From NCBI GenBank assembly GCA_964016885.1, contig OZ024741.1:376092001-376156000 (forward strand): a stretch of DNA of 64,000 nucleotides, read 5' to 3'. This DNA comes from Eledone cirrhosa. Lineage: Eukaryota. How positions within the stretch are numbered: position 1 is the stretch's first letter; every line of letters begins with the position of its first letter. Of the stretch, positions 23,150 to 36,550 are shown piece by piece. The notes under the pieces are model-generated. The model searched no databases. It worked only from the letters and a program-made list of their open reading frames with translations, and was not told the DNA's origin. A program made the position numbers and the translations under genes.

Positions 23150-25009
23150 CTAATAAAAACGAAAAATAAAACAAAAACAACAAATAAAAAAATAAACGAG
23201 AGAGTAGGAATGGTTACGCATTGTTGGATATTTCTAATCACTGAAAGATCAAACACATACATGACTCTATCTATCTGAATCCCTGTATGCAGAAATTAAT
23301 ATGAAAAAAATAACCTTATATGATTTTATATATTTTAAATATATAGAATTTAGATCTTATTTAATATATTTTTATATTGAATTAGGTGGATTGTGAGGGC
23401 GGTGGATTGGTAGAATTGTTAGCGCGTTGGAGAAATTGTCTTTCGGTATTTAGTTACTGCTCTTTACTTTCTGAGTGTAAAATCCCGCCGGGACCAACTT
23501 TGTCGTTCATCCTTCCGGCCTCCACAAATAGAATAACAAAAACAAACAATAATAATAATTTCCTGTAAAAGCTCTGGGGTAGATATAATGGAACCCTATC
23601 ACTAATTCCTGACCTGCCTAAACTATATTGCGAATAATTGCATAGATTAGAAAGGATTAAGCTGGTAGAATCAGTAGAACCCTGCAGTATTTAGTTAAAT
23701 CTCTTTGCATTCTCATTCCTTTATTCCGGGGTCGATAAAGTAAGTACCAGTTACGTTCTGTGATTGTTATTCTCCACTGTACTCTCGTAAAAATATATGA
23801 ACTTATGCCGATGTAAGAAACATCTATTTACATTTCTTTGTATTGACTTCAGTTTTCAAACACCGTGGTCAAATTGGCCCTTTCTTCTTGGTTGGGTCAG
23901 GAAAGAAAGAAGCAATCAAGTAGTAGAACGCTTTACAGGCTTGATACAACATTTACATTAACATAAACATCAGTGTAATTGTTGATCGTTTACTTTGTTT
24001 GCAGTGGAAAGTTAGAATCCATTGAATAGTAGTAATGTGCTTCGAAAATTGAACTTCATTATTTGAAGAGTAAAATTACGCTCCGATGTGGTATAGGATT
24101 CCCATACAATATATACACACGGGAATGACAAACATAATGTAATTTTAATCGGTAACCAGTGCAATGATGTATTTTCATGAATTGCCTACATAAAATATAA
24201 AGTATCGACATTCGAAGACATTCGTACAATGTTTCAGATGAAATATTGAAATATTGGAAAAAAATAAATCAAATAAAAAAGCAACTTGCATAAACTAATA
24301 TATTTTTCGACATTGAATCTTGATAACGGAAAAAATAATCAACATCAAATTAGTTAAAAAAGCATGTATATTTGAATGTAGAAGAAAAATTGGATTTTGT
24401 TAGTATTGACATGTAAACAAAATAACAGAAAATACAGTTTGGTATACTATATTTTTAAAAGCCTTTTACAGAAGATCTTTAATTTCCTATTGTTGTAGGT
24501 TATTTGACTGGACAGGATAAAAAGGTTTCGGCGTTTCAGTCTCGTTTTACATAGGTTGTTTAACGCTAGTTGTTTTTCGATGTTATTTCTTTATATTTGC
24601 TTGCCTATGGGTAGATAATTCTAAATTTCCTTTTACGTTTACTCAAACGGAGATAGGAAGTTTAAAAGTACATTTGAAGCGACATCAAAATTGTTACAGC
24701 AACTGTATCGTACGTATCACTCGGTTAGCATTATGAGCATTACATCTAATCACACTAAGAATAAAATCTCAGAAGCTATAGACATGTTCAAGATGAATTT
24801 TAGTTCTCGTTTAACGCTTTTATCCATATCATCGTAGGATACTTTCTCAATTCCATTATCATCGTAGTGTATCTAACCATTCCATTACTTGTTTTAGTCG
24901 AAGAACTTCATGTTACTGTAAGGAAGGCTGAATCGATTATTGTTACAAAACATACTTCAATTATTTTGCATTAACAACTTCACTACAGTGCTGCAAAGAT
25001 TGATTACTA

Positions 25010-25420
25010 ATTTAAGCACAAGGCCAGAAAACTTTGGGGACAGGCAAAGCTGATTAAATCAATCCCAGTATCAGTCGACCCCAGAACGATGAATGGCAAA
25101 GTGTATCCTGGTGGGATTTGAATTTAGAATATAAAATGTCGTAGGAAATACGACAGTGGCATATTATCGAACGCCCTATTAACTCTGCCAGTCTACCACC
25201 CTGTGCTACAAATATTGAATTACAATTTAGATACAAGGCGATTAAATTCGCATTAAAGGGCAAGATTGATTAAACCAACTTCCGTTTTTGATTGGTATAT
25301 TATTTTATCGACTACGGGAAGACAAACTAGCAAAGTTGACCTCAGCGGGATTTAATCTAAGAATGTAAACAGCCAGGACAAATTTAGCAACACAATTTTA
25401 TACAACGTAACCCACCACTC
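25010..25420 (-). mobile_element. Two old SINE family A copies
   Basis: Degenerate cores and tails (gcacaaggccag...; ttttatcgac...aaagttgacctcagcggga). Confidence 0.6.
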
Positions 25421-26050
25421 TGTGCTGAAAATATTAAATGGTAGTTATATCCATTTAAGTTCTGCAATGATATGTACTACCATTGTATTACTTTATAATT
25501 TATACTTAGTTTCCAAAATTAATTTGTTTTGTTTTGAGATAATCAAAAAGGTGTACAATATACATTTCGAAAAGAAACCAAAGATATTAGAATATTTCTA
25601 ATTTCATATGTCACTCTTAATCACATATTAAGTTTTGTTGTGGCTTGCGTAATATTTCTTCTGGGGTCGTGGTACATTGACACTAAATATATCTTTCTTT
25701 TACGTTAATATTTTGTATTGCATATAAGTATGGATGAATAATTGGATGCGTATGTGTGTGTTATGTTGGTAAGTATATCTCTTTAGCAGTTAAATTACTC
25801 TTTATATATACTATTGCATTTTTGTGGCAAAGGTTTATCTTACATAATTATCTGATATAATATCGAATTTATGAGATTTTGATGTTATTTACTTTGAGAA
25901 CAATAGTTTAACATCAGTATGAGTGGTCAGTTGCAGCCAGTATGAACAGAGAGAGGTGAGAGAATTCTGACCGGATATAGCCGCTTTAAATTTTAAAGGG
26001 ATACAAGATGCATTGATAAGACTGATATGACAGCAGGTGTGTCGCCTTAC

Positions 26051-26082
26051 CTGTCATGTTTTGTTGATGCATTTATTTTCAT
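26051..26082 (-). CDS. Candidate first coding exon (MKINASTKHD-AG)
   Basis: GCCATG start with an in-frame upstream TGA and a strong CAG|GTAAG donor. Phase 2 fits the exon at 23149. Confidence 0.3.
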
Positions 26083-26589
26083 GGCCAATCGAAAGACGAA
26101 TTTAATATAAAGACGAAAGTAAGGGAGCTCTTGAAGTCATGCTATAACATAATCAGAATGTATGTAAGTTATCATAACGAAAGGAAATGCTCATTAACAA
26201 AAACAAGTGGTAGGCGGTGAATTGGCAGAATTGTGAGAATGTCAGATAGTATATTTGCAGTATTTGTCCCGGTTTACTGCGCTTTCTACTTTCAAACCTC
26301 ACCAAGGTCAACTATGATTTTCATCATTTCCAGGTCGACAAAAAGATGCACCAGTCTAGTATTGGTAATATAGGTCTTTCTCCTCCTCTATCTATCCCTC
26401 CTCCCCGTCTCTTGGAATCATATACAGTGCACCGTGAATTGTTTCAACTTTTGATGCCATTTAACTGACGACGGTACACACAGCTGATATAATTTGATTT
26501 ACACCTACGCAATATAGATCCGTTTGTGAGACGCAACCTTATGAAAGGGGATATATTTCAAGAAGAAGAAGGCGACGAAGAAGACGAAT

Positions 26590-29500
26590 ATAAATAATAA
26601 TAATAATAATAATAATAATGCTTTCTTTATTAACCACAAGGGTTTACATAAAGTAGACATTAAGGACAGTACAGGACAATACAGAACGGTACAAATGGGC
26701 ATTTCTGCGTGTAAAAAAACAGAGGATGTAATAAAAAATAACAATGAAAAATTCCCCAATAGGGGGGAGACTTCCGAGAGACATTTGTGGAGAAAGCCCA
26801 TTAAAAGGCCACAGTGACCCTGACCACCAGGGCAAGTGCCCTCTCCCAGTTTTCCACCTTTAATTTACAGACACATACTCAGAGTAGGCCCATTCACACG
26901 GGCCATACTTGCTTCTCTCACCCATCTTTCAACAAAATGCTGAGATGAGAAAACTTTCCTCTCTACCCTGATTTTCCTTTTCAAATGAAATTTGAAAAAG
27001 TTAATCAGGGCATCACCGAAGAGGTAAGTGCTCGTCTTCAGCCCTTTCAATCATGTCCACCATACTATCTCTTTCGCCATAGCCACCAGACAGATAAAAA
27101 CTGCCTGCCCTTCCCGGCTAAAGGTAGAGGGCGGGACAATCCTCACGATGGACTCAGCTGATAGTTGGATCCGTCCTACATGTGACAGCAGGTGTTCGAC
27201 ATAAACCCACAAGTCAGCAATGCTCGTACACTGGACGAGTGCGTGCAGGACGGTTTCGTCGCCCTGCGCGCATCTCGGACATGCCCGGCTGACGGCACCT
27301 CCATGCCTGTAGAGTTTATCCCGAACTGGCAAAGCTCCTCGGTAGCACTGCCAGGCCAGGGATTTCTGGAAGTTGTCCATAGGCCCCGGCCCGAAAGTCC
27401 TTCCGAACAGATTGGCTAGTTGATTTTCGTCGACGGCTAGAGTTTCTGCAAGTACGTCGTCGCTCTTCCCCTCCACTAATCCCCTATAGAACGCCAAGGT
27501 GGAGTTTCCACCGATCACACTGCCCGATTGGTCGAGGTCTGTGAGCGCCTGAAGACATTCCAGTCTCCAAGCGCTCCCTCTCGGTCTTCGCTTGACCCAG
27601 GACTGCAGCTCCGTCAAGGAGATGAGCTGGGAAAGACGTGTCTAGCAAACAGCGACCACACCTGATCACCGTCGAGGAAGAGGTGCAAATGTTGTAGCCT
27701 GAGCGCGTGTCTGCGCATCATCAGCCACGGCATGCCCAGCCCTCCGCGTAGCGGGTGTTCACAGCAGATGGACCGCCTGACCATCGGAGCACGTCTCTTC
27801 CACAAAAAGCGAAAGAGCAAACGCTCCACCGCAGTCATGCCCACTGACTTTTCCTGGTTGATTATTGCTCCTGTCACCGCTTTGTATTCTCTTAGTGTAG
27901 TGCCGATCGCCTCGATGTGTTTGGCGTTCGACACCACTACGGTGACATCGTCTGCATATGCTGACACGGATCTTCCGCATCCTAGTTCGTTCGGGACGCC
28001 CCTCAACGTCTCCAGTTTGTGCAGTAATGGCTCGAGAGTCAATACGTACAAGAGGGACGAGAGGGGACATCCTTGGCGGACCGAGCGCATGATGTTGGAC
28101 CGTTCAGAAAGGTGACCGTTCACTCTCACCACAGAGCAGATGTCGCTGTACATGGCAGCGATCCAGCCTCTGAAGACGGGCCCAAAGCCAGCCGCCCCCA
28201 TGACTGCCGCTATGTAACGATGGTCGACCATATCGAAAGCTTTCAACTGATCTAAATTGATCAAGCACCCACCTGCCAGTTTCCCTAGCTACCCTCTCTA
28301 CGATGTATCACATGAGGTGGAGGTTGTCGTGGATGGATCTGTTGGGAATGGCGCATGTCTGCGCCTCTCCCACCAGACCACCAACGACAAGCGCCAACCT
28401 CTTAGCTAGCACCTTGGCCAACATCTTGAACTCTGTGTTTAGCAGGGTTATGGGCCTGAAATTATCTATGTTATCCCCCTTGTTCGGATCCTTTCTCAGC
28501 AGCGCCATAGCTCCTCGGCTCACAGAGCTGGGAATTCTCCCGTTCTATTGCCAGTTGCAGTAGACGTGCAGCCAGTCACTTCCTCCCGTACTTCAGCGGC
28601 TGTTATCGGCTTTTTGCAACACTCCGCCTCAGTGGACGAGAGACACGGCAGTCGGTCGAGGGAGACACTAATGTCCATCCCTCGATTCGGCCCGCCGCTG
28701 CTCCCGAACAGCTGAGCGAAGTGTCGCTGGAAAGTTTCATACATTTGCCCTGGATCGAGTAGCATGCGCCCGTCGTGGTCCACCAAAGACCGGATCGTGG
28801 CTTTGTTGCCACGACGCGCCTCCGCCACTAGGGCCCATTGAACGGCTTTCGTCCCCTCGTGTCTGAGAGCACGCACCCTAGCTCTGACAACGCAGCCTTC
28901 GTGCTTTTCATTGAAGAATTGGTCAAGGGCCAATTTCGCCGCAAATACGTCGGTCGCGATGCCTATGCTAAGCGCCTCGTCTAATTTTCTAACTAATTCT
29001 CCCTCTGCTCTATTTTACTCTATTGCTAAAGCCTTACTAAACCTAATGGACTCTATTCTAATTGCTCTTTTCAGAACAACCACCACTGTTGTTGACGATG
29101 GCCCCCGTCAACGCCCGCTTAACTAATTCGCTAATCAGGTCTCTGTAGGCCTTGCGCGCTGGTAAGGACGCGTTTAGCTTCCAGTAGCCGGGTCCTCGTC
29201 TATGAAGCCGATCTAAGTCAAGCACAGAAATCACGAATGTGTGGTCCGTGTAGCTGACTATCTTGAATTGTGGACAGCCTATGCTAGACCTATCTATTTC
29301 CCTACAAAATACTCTATCTAGATATGATCTGGATGACCCTATGCGATTTGTTCAAGTCCACATTGGCACATTCGGGAAATCCAATCGGTACCTGTCAGAC
29401 AGTTCAAAACGCCTGAGCAGGTTGGTGAGATTCTTACACCCTCCTCCCCTATCCACTAATCCCACACAGTTCCAGCGTGCATCTAAGATCCCGTTCCAGT

Positions 29501-31960
29501 TGCCCACTAACACTAAAGAGCGGGACGTTCCAAGAAAGGTCTCCAGACGCCGGAAGAAATCAAGCCTCCTGCTCCTGTCGGGGCATAGACGGCCACTAAC
29601 CTGAAAGCTTGACAGTCTCCGATCGTCACGTCCAGCACCACCAACTTACCTTCTGGGTCCAGGAAGATGGCCCGTATGGCAAGATCCAAACCTCTCCGAA
29701 AAAGCACAGCAATCAACCCCCCGATCCCGGACGGCTGGGAGATGCGTACACATCGTAGCCGCCGAAGATCGGTGCGAAGGCTCGTGCTTCGGAGATTCTG
29801 GTCTCGCTGATGGCCACTACATCTATGTTTAGTGACCAGAGGTCGTTGAGCAGGTGGCCCTGCTTCCATGACGACCCCAAGCCACGCGCATTTATGCTGC
29901 CTATTCTGAGTGAGGTCATGTTGAAATGGAGTGGAAAAGATGGGAAATACCACTTACCTTACTTCTCGTAGAGGAAGGACGGTTTCTCCATGCTTTTCAC
30001 TGCTTATGGCCTCCTCAGGAAGGATGTCCTTATAAACCCCCTGGAGAGTGCTTGTCGGAAGTCTCCGATGTCTTTGGGGAATTTTTGTTTTAGTGTCATG
30101 TACGTTTTCTGTGTGATGCGAGTGATTTATATGTGTGGAGGTGGTGTGAACTTTTGGGTTGTGTAGTCTTTTTCTGTGGTGCTGGTGTTGTGTTGGATGT
30201 AGTGTAATAATTGGTTGTTGTTCAAATTTAATGCTGTGTAGTGTGTATCGTTTTGGTTGTTTTTTTTGCGTTTGTTGTGGGTTTGTTTCTGTTTCGCTTT
30301 TTGATGACTTTTGTGGTGTAGGTGATGGTGGTGTTGGGGTTAATGATGGTGATGTTGTTGGTGTTTGGGGTGATGGGGTTGGTGATGCTGGTGTGGATGG
30401 TGGCATATCTATCCTAACTTTTTTGTTTGATAGTTTATTTGTTTCCCTCTGTATTTTGTTTTTGGAGGGGAAAGGAAGAGAATTTTTTCTTTTTTGGTTT
30501 CGTTTTTTCTTTTTTCCTGATACCGTTTCCCACTCCTCGTCGTCACAATCTGTCTCCAGTTGTGATAGGCCGGGGAGTGGAAAATCCTTCACAGGCGTTA
30601 GTTTTGGTTGTGGCGTGGTGGATGGTGTAGGCGCTGGTGCTAGTTCTGGCGCGTTGGGTGGTGGTGGTCTTGGTTTTGCTACTGTTGTTGGGGTTGTTGC
30701 TGTTACAGTTGCTTCTGTTGTTGCTGCTACAGTTGTTGCTGCCATCTCTGGTGCTGGTGGTGTTGATGGTTGAGTCACTGGGGTGGGTAGGAGAGGTGGC
30801 CTCAACCTTTTAGCCTGAGGGCAGAAAGCCCTTAGGTGGGTTCCTTCACCACAAACGACACACCTAGGCCTTCTGCCCTCGACAATTACGGTGAGGTGGC
30901 TGCCGTCAGTGAGGTCTATTACCTCTGGGATCTCCTCGATGTTTTTTGGTCCTTTTGGATCAGGAGCTCCATCCCAGATCCGGACCAGTTCTCCTGCTTT
31001 TCTTTCGCTATTTCGATTATCTTGGTGTTGGCTTCGATGCCGGCGAGGTCGGCAGCTATTAGCCAGGGAATTTCGATGGCCGGTGGAACGTGGGTGACCC
31101 TGGTTTTTACGAGTCTCTGGCCACAATAGCTTGGGACGAGTGTGAAGTCGTCACTTCTTAATAGGGCCATGGAGTGTTCTCTAGCCTCCTGTGGTGTTTC
31201 AAAGAAAACGTCCACGGTTCCATACTTCTGCCCACGTCTGATGTGGGTTTTTTTTGCCCACACATGTCCCAAAGATTTGGGACTCGGATGCCGGTTCCAC
31301 TCGGCGCGATTTTATATTAATTGTTCGATAAGACACGGTACATAGGCGCCGATCTCCATTTTATTAGGTGTGTGTGTGTGTGTGTGTGTGGGGGGGGGGG
31401 CTGACACGGTGCCCATCTTTCTTTACCATTTTTTTGGGCTTCTTCTAATTCCTCCTGAGTTACCAGAAATGCTTCGCATGTTTTGCTACTCTGGCAAAAC
31501 TCAGGGTGGCTTTCTTAATGTCATTGTTGCTGTTGTTGTTATCGTTATTTTTGTTATTATTAATTTTAGTTTCAGTTGTGGTGGTGGTGGTGGCGTCAGT
31601 GGTGTTCGGTGTGGAAGAGTTAATTTTGGTTGAATTCATTTCGATATCACGAGTTAATTTATTTTTTTCTTTTGTTTCTGTTGTCGCGGTGGTGGTGGGG
31701 GTGGTGCTTGTCGCAGTGGTGGTGGTGGTGGTGGTGGCGGCTTTAACACCTCCAGTCATTGGTAATGGCGGGAAATGAATGTCTGCCTGAGACAAATTTA
31801 AAATATTGCTACTGCTTATATTTTTTTTAGTGTTGGCAAACGTAGTATTATTTACAATGGTGGTGTCGGTGTGAGGTGTTAGTTTGTGAGAAAGGAGTGA
31901 CTCTGAGTCAGCCATGATGTTTCAAAGAAAAATTTTGTTTGATAATTATAAAAGTTTAAA
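26590..31960 (-). mobile_element. Near full-length decayed Tx1/L1-clade LINE (ORF1 + APE-RT ORF2)
   Basis: ORF1 pieces from 31915 with CCHC knuckle CVVCGEGTHLRAFC. ORF2 from 29919: SINARGL/VAISET (APE), NFRPITLLNTEFKMLAK, LDQLKAFDMVDH, VRQGCPLS, YADD, CPRC...ETVLHALVQC. 3' (TTA)n tail. Many frameshifts and internal deletions. Confidence 0.95.
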
Positions 31961-32136
31961 TTTTGGGCTCAAGGCCCCAATCTTTTTGGGTGTCCTTTTC
32001 AGATAACAATGTATGTGCACTTATATACAGTTAACAATAACATTTTCCATGAATGGCAATTTTGAACAACTGAAAATAACAAACCTTTGCGGAGCTCACG
32101 ATGATACGATTTACTACGTAGGTCGCCAATAATAAC

Positions 32137-32237
<101 letters not shown>

Positions 32238-33724
32238 GAAGAAGAAGAAGAAGAAGAAAAAGAAGAAAAAGAAAGGGTGTTGAACCAAATGCGTTGCAGT
32301 AATTAGGTTCCTTACGTTTATTCTTAGTTCAAATTCCATAGAGGTTTTACGGCATTATATCTTTCTTCTATTCAATATGGCGAAAGCAAACATTATTATA
32401 TATTACTGCTGTTCACGAGTGAGATCAATGCAATCAAGTGCAAGCCTTTCTTTATAAATGATTGGCTTATACTGAAGTAACCTTAAGCTTGACAGGATTC
32501 TATATTGGTTAATAAATTAGTGATACGAGAAATACTTTACAAGTACTGGAACTAACGAAATCAATCTTGTGGTCGAATAGGAATTGAGCCAAAATATTGG
32601 ATGTTAATTATCAGTAGTATCTCAAGTAATTAATGATTTCCAGCATAAGCAATTAATGCCATAATTAATGATAATTGAAAAATAAGAAGGTGTGGATTGA
32701 TGAGGTGACGATGTATATATATATAGACATTCAATTACCTCTTGAAGATATCATACATACCCATTATTAAATAGCTTCACCTATTGAATAATAATAATAA
32801 TAATTAACGGAGGAAGATTGCTGTATCTCGTGATGACATTTATCTGGCGACAATATACATATATACATACATACACATATATATATATATATACACAGAG
32901 GGAGAGAGAGAGAAGGATAGAGAGGAGAGAGAGAGAAAGATAACAAGATATTCAATATAGATCCGTTTGTTAGTTGCAACAAATAGGAACCAGTATATTT
33001 ATATTATCACATAATTTCATTCTCTTCCTCAGTATATAACCTGAATATTTAATTATTTCGACGCCATCTTGTACTTAAGGTAGTTTCATATGCAGACATG
33101 CGATATACGTTTTAGTAAAAGCCAATTTTTTAGTTACGATAGTTTATATACAAACTCATAACATGGCTGTTTTCCCATGATTGTGTGGGCTTTGTTTCAT
33201 GTTGATAATAGATTAGTCTTTGAATTGAATTAATAAAAGAAAACCAACAAACCATATAAACCATATGATGTTGAATGTTAAATGCCAATACTCTCTCTCT
33301 CTCTCTTTCTCCCCCTCTCTCTTTCTCTCTCTCACTCTTTCACACATACAGATATATATCCGCATGTTAAATTGCAGAAAAAATGGTTGTGTAAACGATG
33401 CTTAGCCATCAATGTGATTCTGTGATTTGAAGAAGTGGTGGTGTCAACAAAAGGAGTGGAAAGTGATAGCTACTTGATTTCACCAGTGATCGCAGTAATG
33501 TCAATGGCTTTGAGCCACGTACAACAAAACAAAATTTATATTTCACCCTTCATTATATAAATATATATATACATATATATATCCGTATATAGGTGACGGA
33601 GATAAAATAGTATTTAATACCGACGAAGAGTTTAAATATTCATTTTATTAAGGCTAATTAGTGAGTCTTTTTATCCTGGGGTCACCAGACAAGAACGTTC
33701 TATATGTTTATGTATATATATATA

Positions 33725-34085
33725 TTCTTCTGATTGCGCATCAAATTGAGATACTCTCCTCCACAAAGTTAGATCACCAACAACAGAGTTTGAAGAGCAC
33801 ATGTCAAGTCCAGTCCATAAATTGACATTATCAAGCCAGCGTTTTGGCTATTGACCTTTGCTCCTCTTACCGGCTAACTTTCCTCCTAGCCATAACTTAC
33901 TCACACCACAAGTTGATTTTTTGATATGATCATACAGTTTAAGTACTATTGACTTGATAATGGATGTGTTTGGTTTAAGCTTGTTGAGTAAATGTTGAGT
34001 AGCTTATTGATAGAAATATGTTCGCTGAGTCGTTTGTTAGTCATAAGTCTCATGATGTGGTTCTGGAATGTAGAGAGCTTCTGAA
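33725..34085 (-). mobile_element. Old RTE-type LINE 3' fragment
   Basis: Degenerate LKLYDHI...GKLAGKRSKGQ*PKRW C-terminal motif. Confidence 0.5.
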
Positions 34086-34277
34086 GTGATATATATATAT
34101 AATATAGAAATGGCTTCTACAGGACTAGAACTGTTTCTTACGGAGGAAATTGTCAAGGAAAACCCTTTATTTATTAAATAGTTATACTCTGCTATGTATT
34201 GAGTACCTTACTTACTATGGTTAACCCCAATTGAACCCGGGATAAACACACACACACACATATATATATAAATATAG

Positions 34278-34312
<35 letters not shown>

Positions 34313-34319
34313 TGAGAGA

Positions 34320-34550
34320 ATATGCTCCAAAATCATTAGTCCGTGTCCGTCGAACCTGCGGGTCCAGAATCAGACAGATCCACACAATGATCGCGTCTCG
34401 AGCTGTCCACCGGCGAAACAATTGTAACACACAATAAATTGAGTTCAGATGCATCACTGATTTTTCGTTTTCTATTATATCATACTCTGCTCTGTAAGAG
34501 CATGGAGTGGTCATCCGGCATACCGCCTATGGAAGCATCTTAGCTACTAT
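34320..34550 (+). repeat. Family B pseudo-LTR-like fragment
   Basis: Reverse complement aligns to 9080-9290. Contains CGAAACAATTGTAA followed by AATAAA. Confidence 0.65.
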
Positions 34551-34581
34551 CACACACACATACACACGCACACACACACAC

Positions 34582-34660
<79 letters not shown>

Positions 34661-35158
34661 CATATATTTCCGCATTCCGAATTATGTAATTTGAAGTGGG
34701 TCTCTAAGTGGTCCATTGACTTGCTAAAAATAGAAAAGATTTCTTCCTCAAAATAAACAATATTAGATTAGAACAGGAAAGATTAAATGGTCAGTATAGT
34801 GCTGAATATATAAAAAGACCAGGTAGTCAAGGCTAGATTACATTTATCATAGATATGCTTGATCCCGATTGATCTGGAACTAAATATCAGCAGTAGAAAA
34901 GTTAAAGCAAAACATTTACATATAAACATGAAGAGTTTCCCAATGAGTTAACGGGAAGTTTTGAAATCTGAAACACTGCAAATGAAACCTATCCGAGGCT
35001 ACATTATAAGTGCTATGGTTTTAATATTTCTATATACTATTCTATGTGATACTGCTCACCGTGCCGTGCTTGGATTATTTCAGTTGCCTAAATATTTGTT
35101 ACATGGGGTGTCGCCAATGCCACACTCAAAATGTTTCCTTTTCTGAAGAAGGGGATGC

Positions 35159-35213
35159 TGTGAGGAGTCTCATAGTTGTAATGTAGCCTATTTAGAATGA
35201 GTGAGAGAAAGAG

Positions 35214-35247
<34 letters not shown>

Positions 35248-35298
35248 CTCTTTCTCTCACTCATTCTAAATAGGCTACATTACAACTATGAGACTCCT

Positions 35299-35302
<4 letters not shown>
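35159..35302. repeat. Palindrome centred on a (TA)n tract
   Basis: Arms TGTGAGGAGTCTC...GAGAAAT and its exact reverse complement. Confidence 0.9.
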
Positions 35303-35379
<77 letters not shown>

Positions 35380-35455
35380 CGAAGGAAATGTGGTAAGGAA
35401 CCAGGTGGACCATAACGCACCAAAGTACTCAATACTTGAGGTAGTAGAGTGGGTA

Positions 35456-35568
35456 ATAGGAACCAGTAAGACCCCGACAGCTAAGCTCAAGCCGTTTCGA
35501 CGGCTAATTCTGGACTCAGAATTAGCCGTCGAAACGGCTTGAGCTCAGCTGTCGGGGTCTTACTGGTT

Positions 35569-35573
<5 letters not shown>
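35456..35573. repeat. 118-bp palindrome (57-bp arms, GACT spacer) next to (TA)n
   Basis: One mismatch seen; arms contain CGAAACG. Confidence 0.92.
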
Positions 35574-35633
<60 letters not shown>

Positions 35634-35837
35634 ATTGTTTCTACTTTAGGCACAAGGCCAGCAATAACCCAGTGCATTACTGGTACTTTATTTTATCGAC
35701 CCCGTAAGGATGAATAGTAATAATAATAAATTAGAAGACTAAAATCCAAAGAGGGCTCGATAAGGATAACTATATATCAAATATATAAGAACCGTAGAGC
35801 AAATATTTATTAAAATAATTGTTAAATATATATATAT

Positions 35838-35870
<33 letters not shown>

Positions 35871-35962
35871 AGTAGAAGTGATATTTAATTTGTTGGAAAT
35901 TCAACAAATATAAATGTTTATAACTGATTCAGAGCACTCGACAGTTTTCTGGAGTAAATATT

Positions 35963-36200
35963 CAATGATATTAAATAAATGGAAACTATATTTATAAAAC
36001 CATATTTATTCTATTATATATTGGGTAGTCCAAGGAAAATTCAACTGATAAGGTATGGTTTCCTTGGCTATGTCAACATTTATAAAACACTCTTTGTATT
36101 TATCTGATGAAAGCGTATCAAAGTTTTTGGTACCATTGAAATATACAGAATAGAAAAAATATGGTTTTATAAATATAGTTTCCATTTATTTAATATCATT
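35963..36200. repeat. Inverted repeat (about 50-bp arms) enclosing a hammerhead-like motif
   Basis: Arms 35963-36013 / 36150-36200. CTGATGA..GTATCAAA/TTTGGTAC..GAAATATA at about 36104-36145. Confidence 0.75.
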
Positions 36201-36497
36201 TTATATATGTATACAGACGTACAGTAGTATGTATATATATACATACATGCACACATATATATATATGTACGTATGGATTCACCGAACATTTATTATAATG
36301 CTCGGTGTGTTTGTAAACAATTAATCCGTACAGTGTCTAGCAACCTTCGTTGCTCATTTGTTCAACACTGACTAGTAACAGCCGTACTAAGAGTGAGAAA
36401 TGAAATTTCGTTTCATTTTTTCCCTACATATATATATATAGTAATAATAATAAATTTGAAGACTAAAATCAATCCAAAGAGGGCTCGATAAGGATAA

Positions 36498-36548
<51 letters not shown>

Positions 36549-36550
<2 letters not shown>

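Noticed and set aside
23980-24960. Possible very old PLE coding remnant on the minus strand
   Set aside because: Similarity too faint to support by eye.
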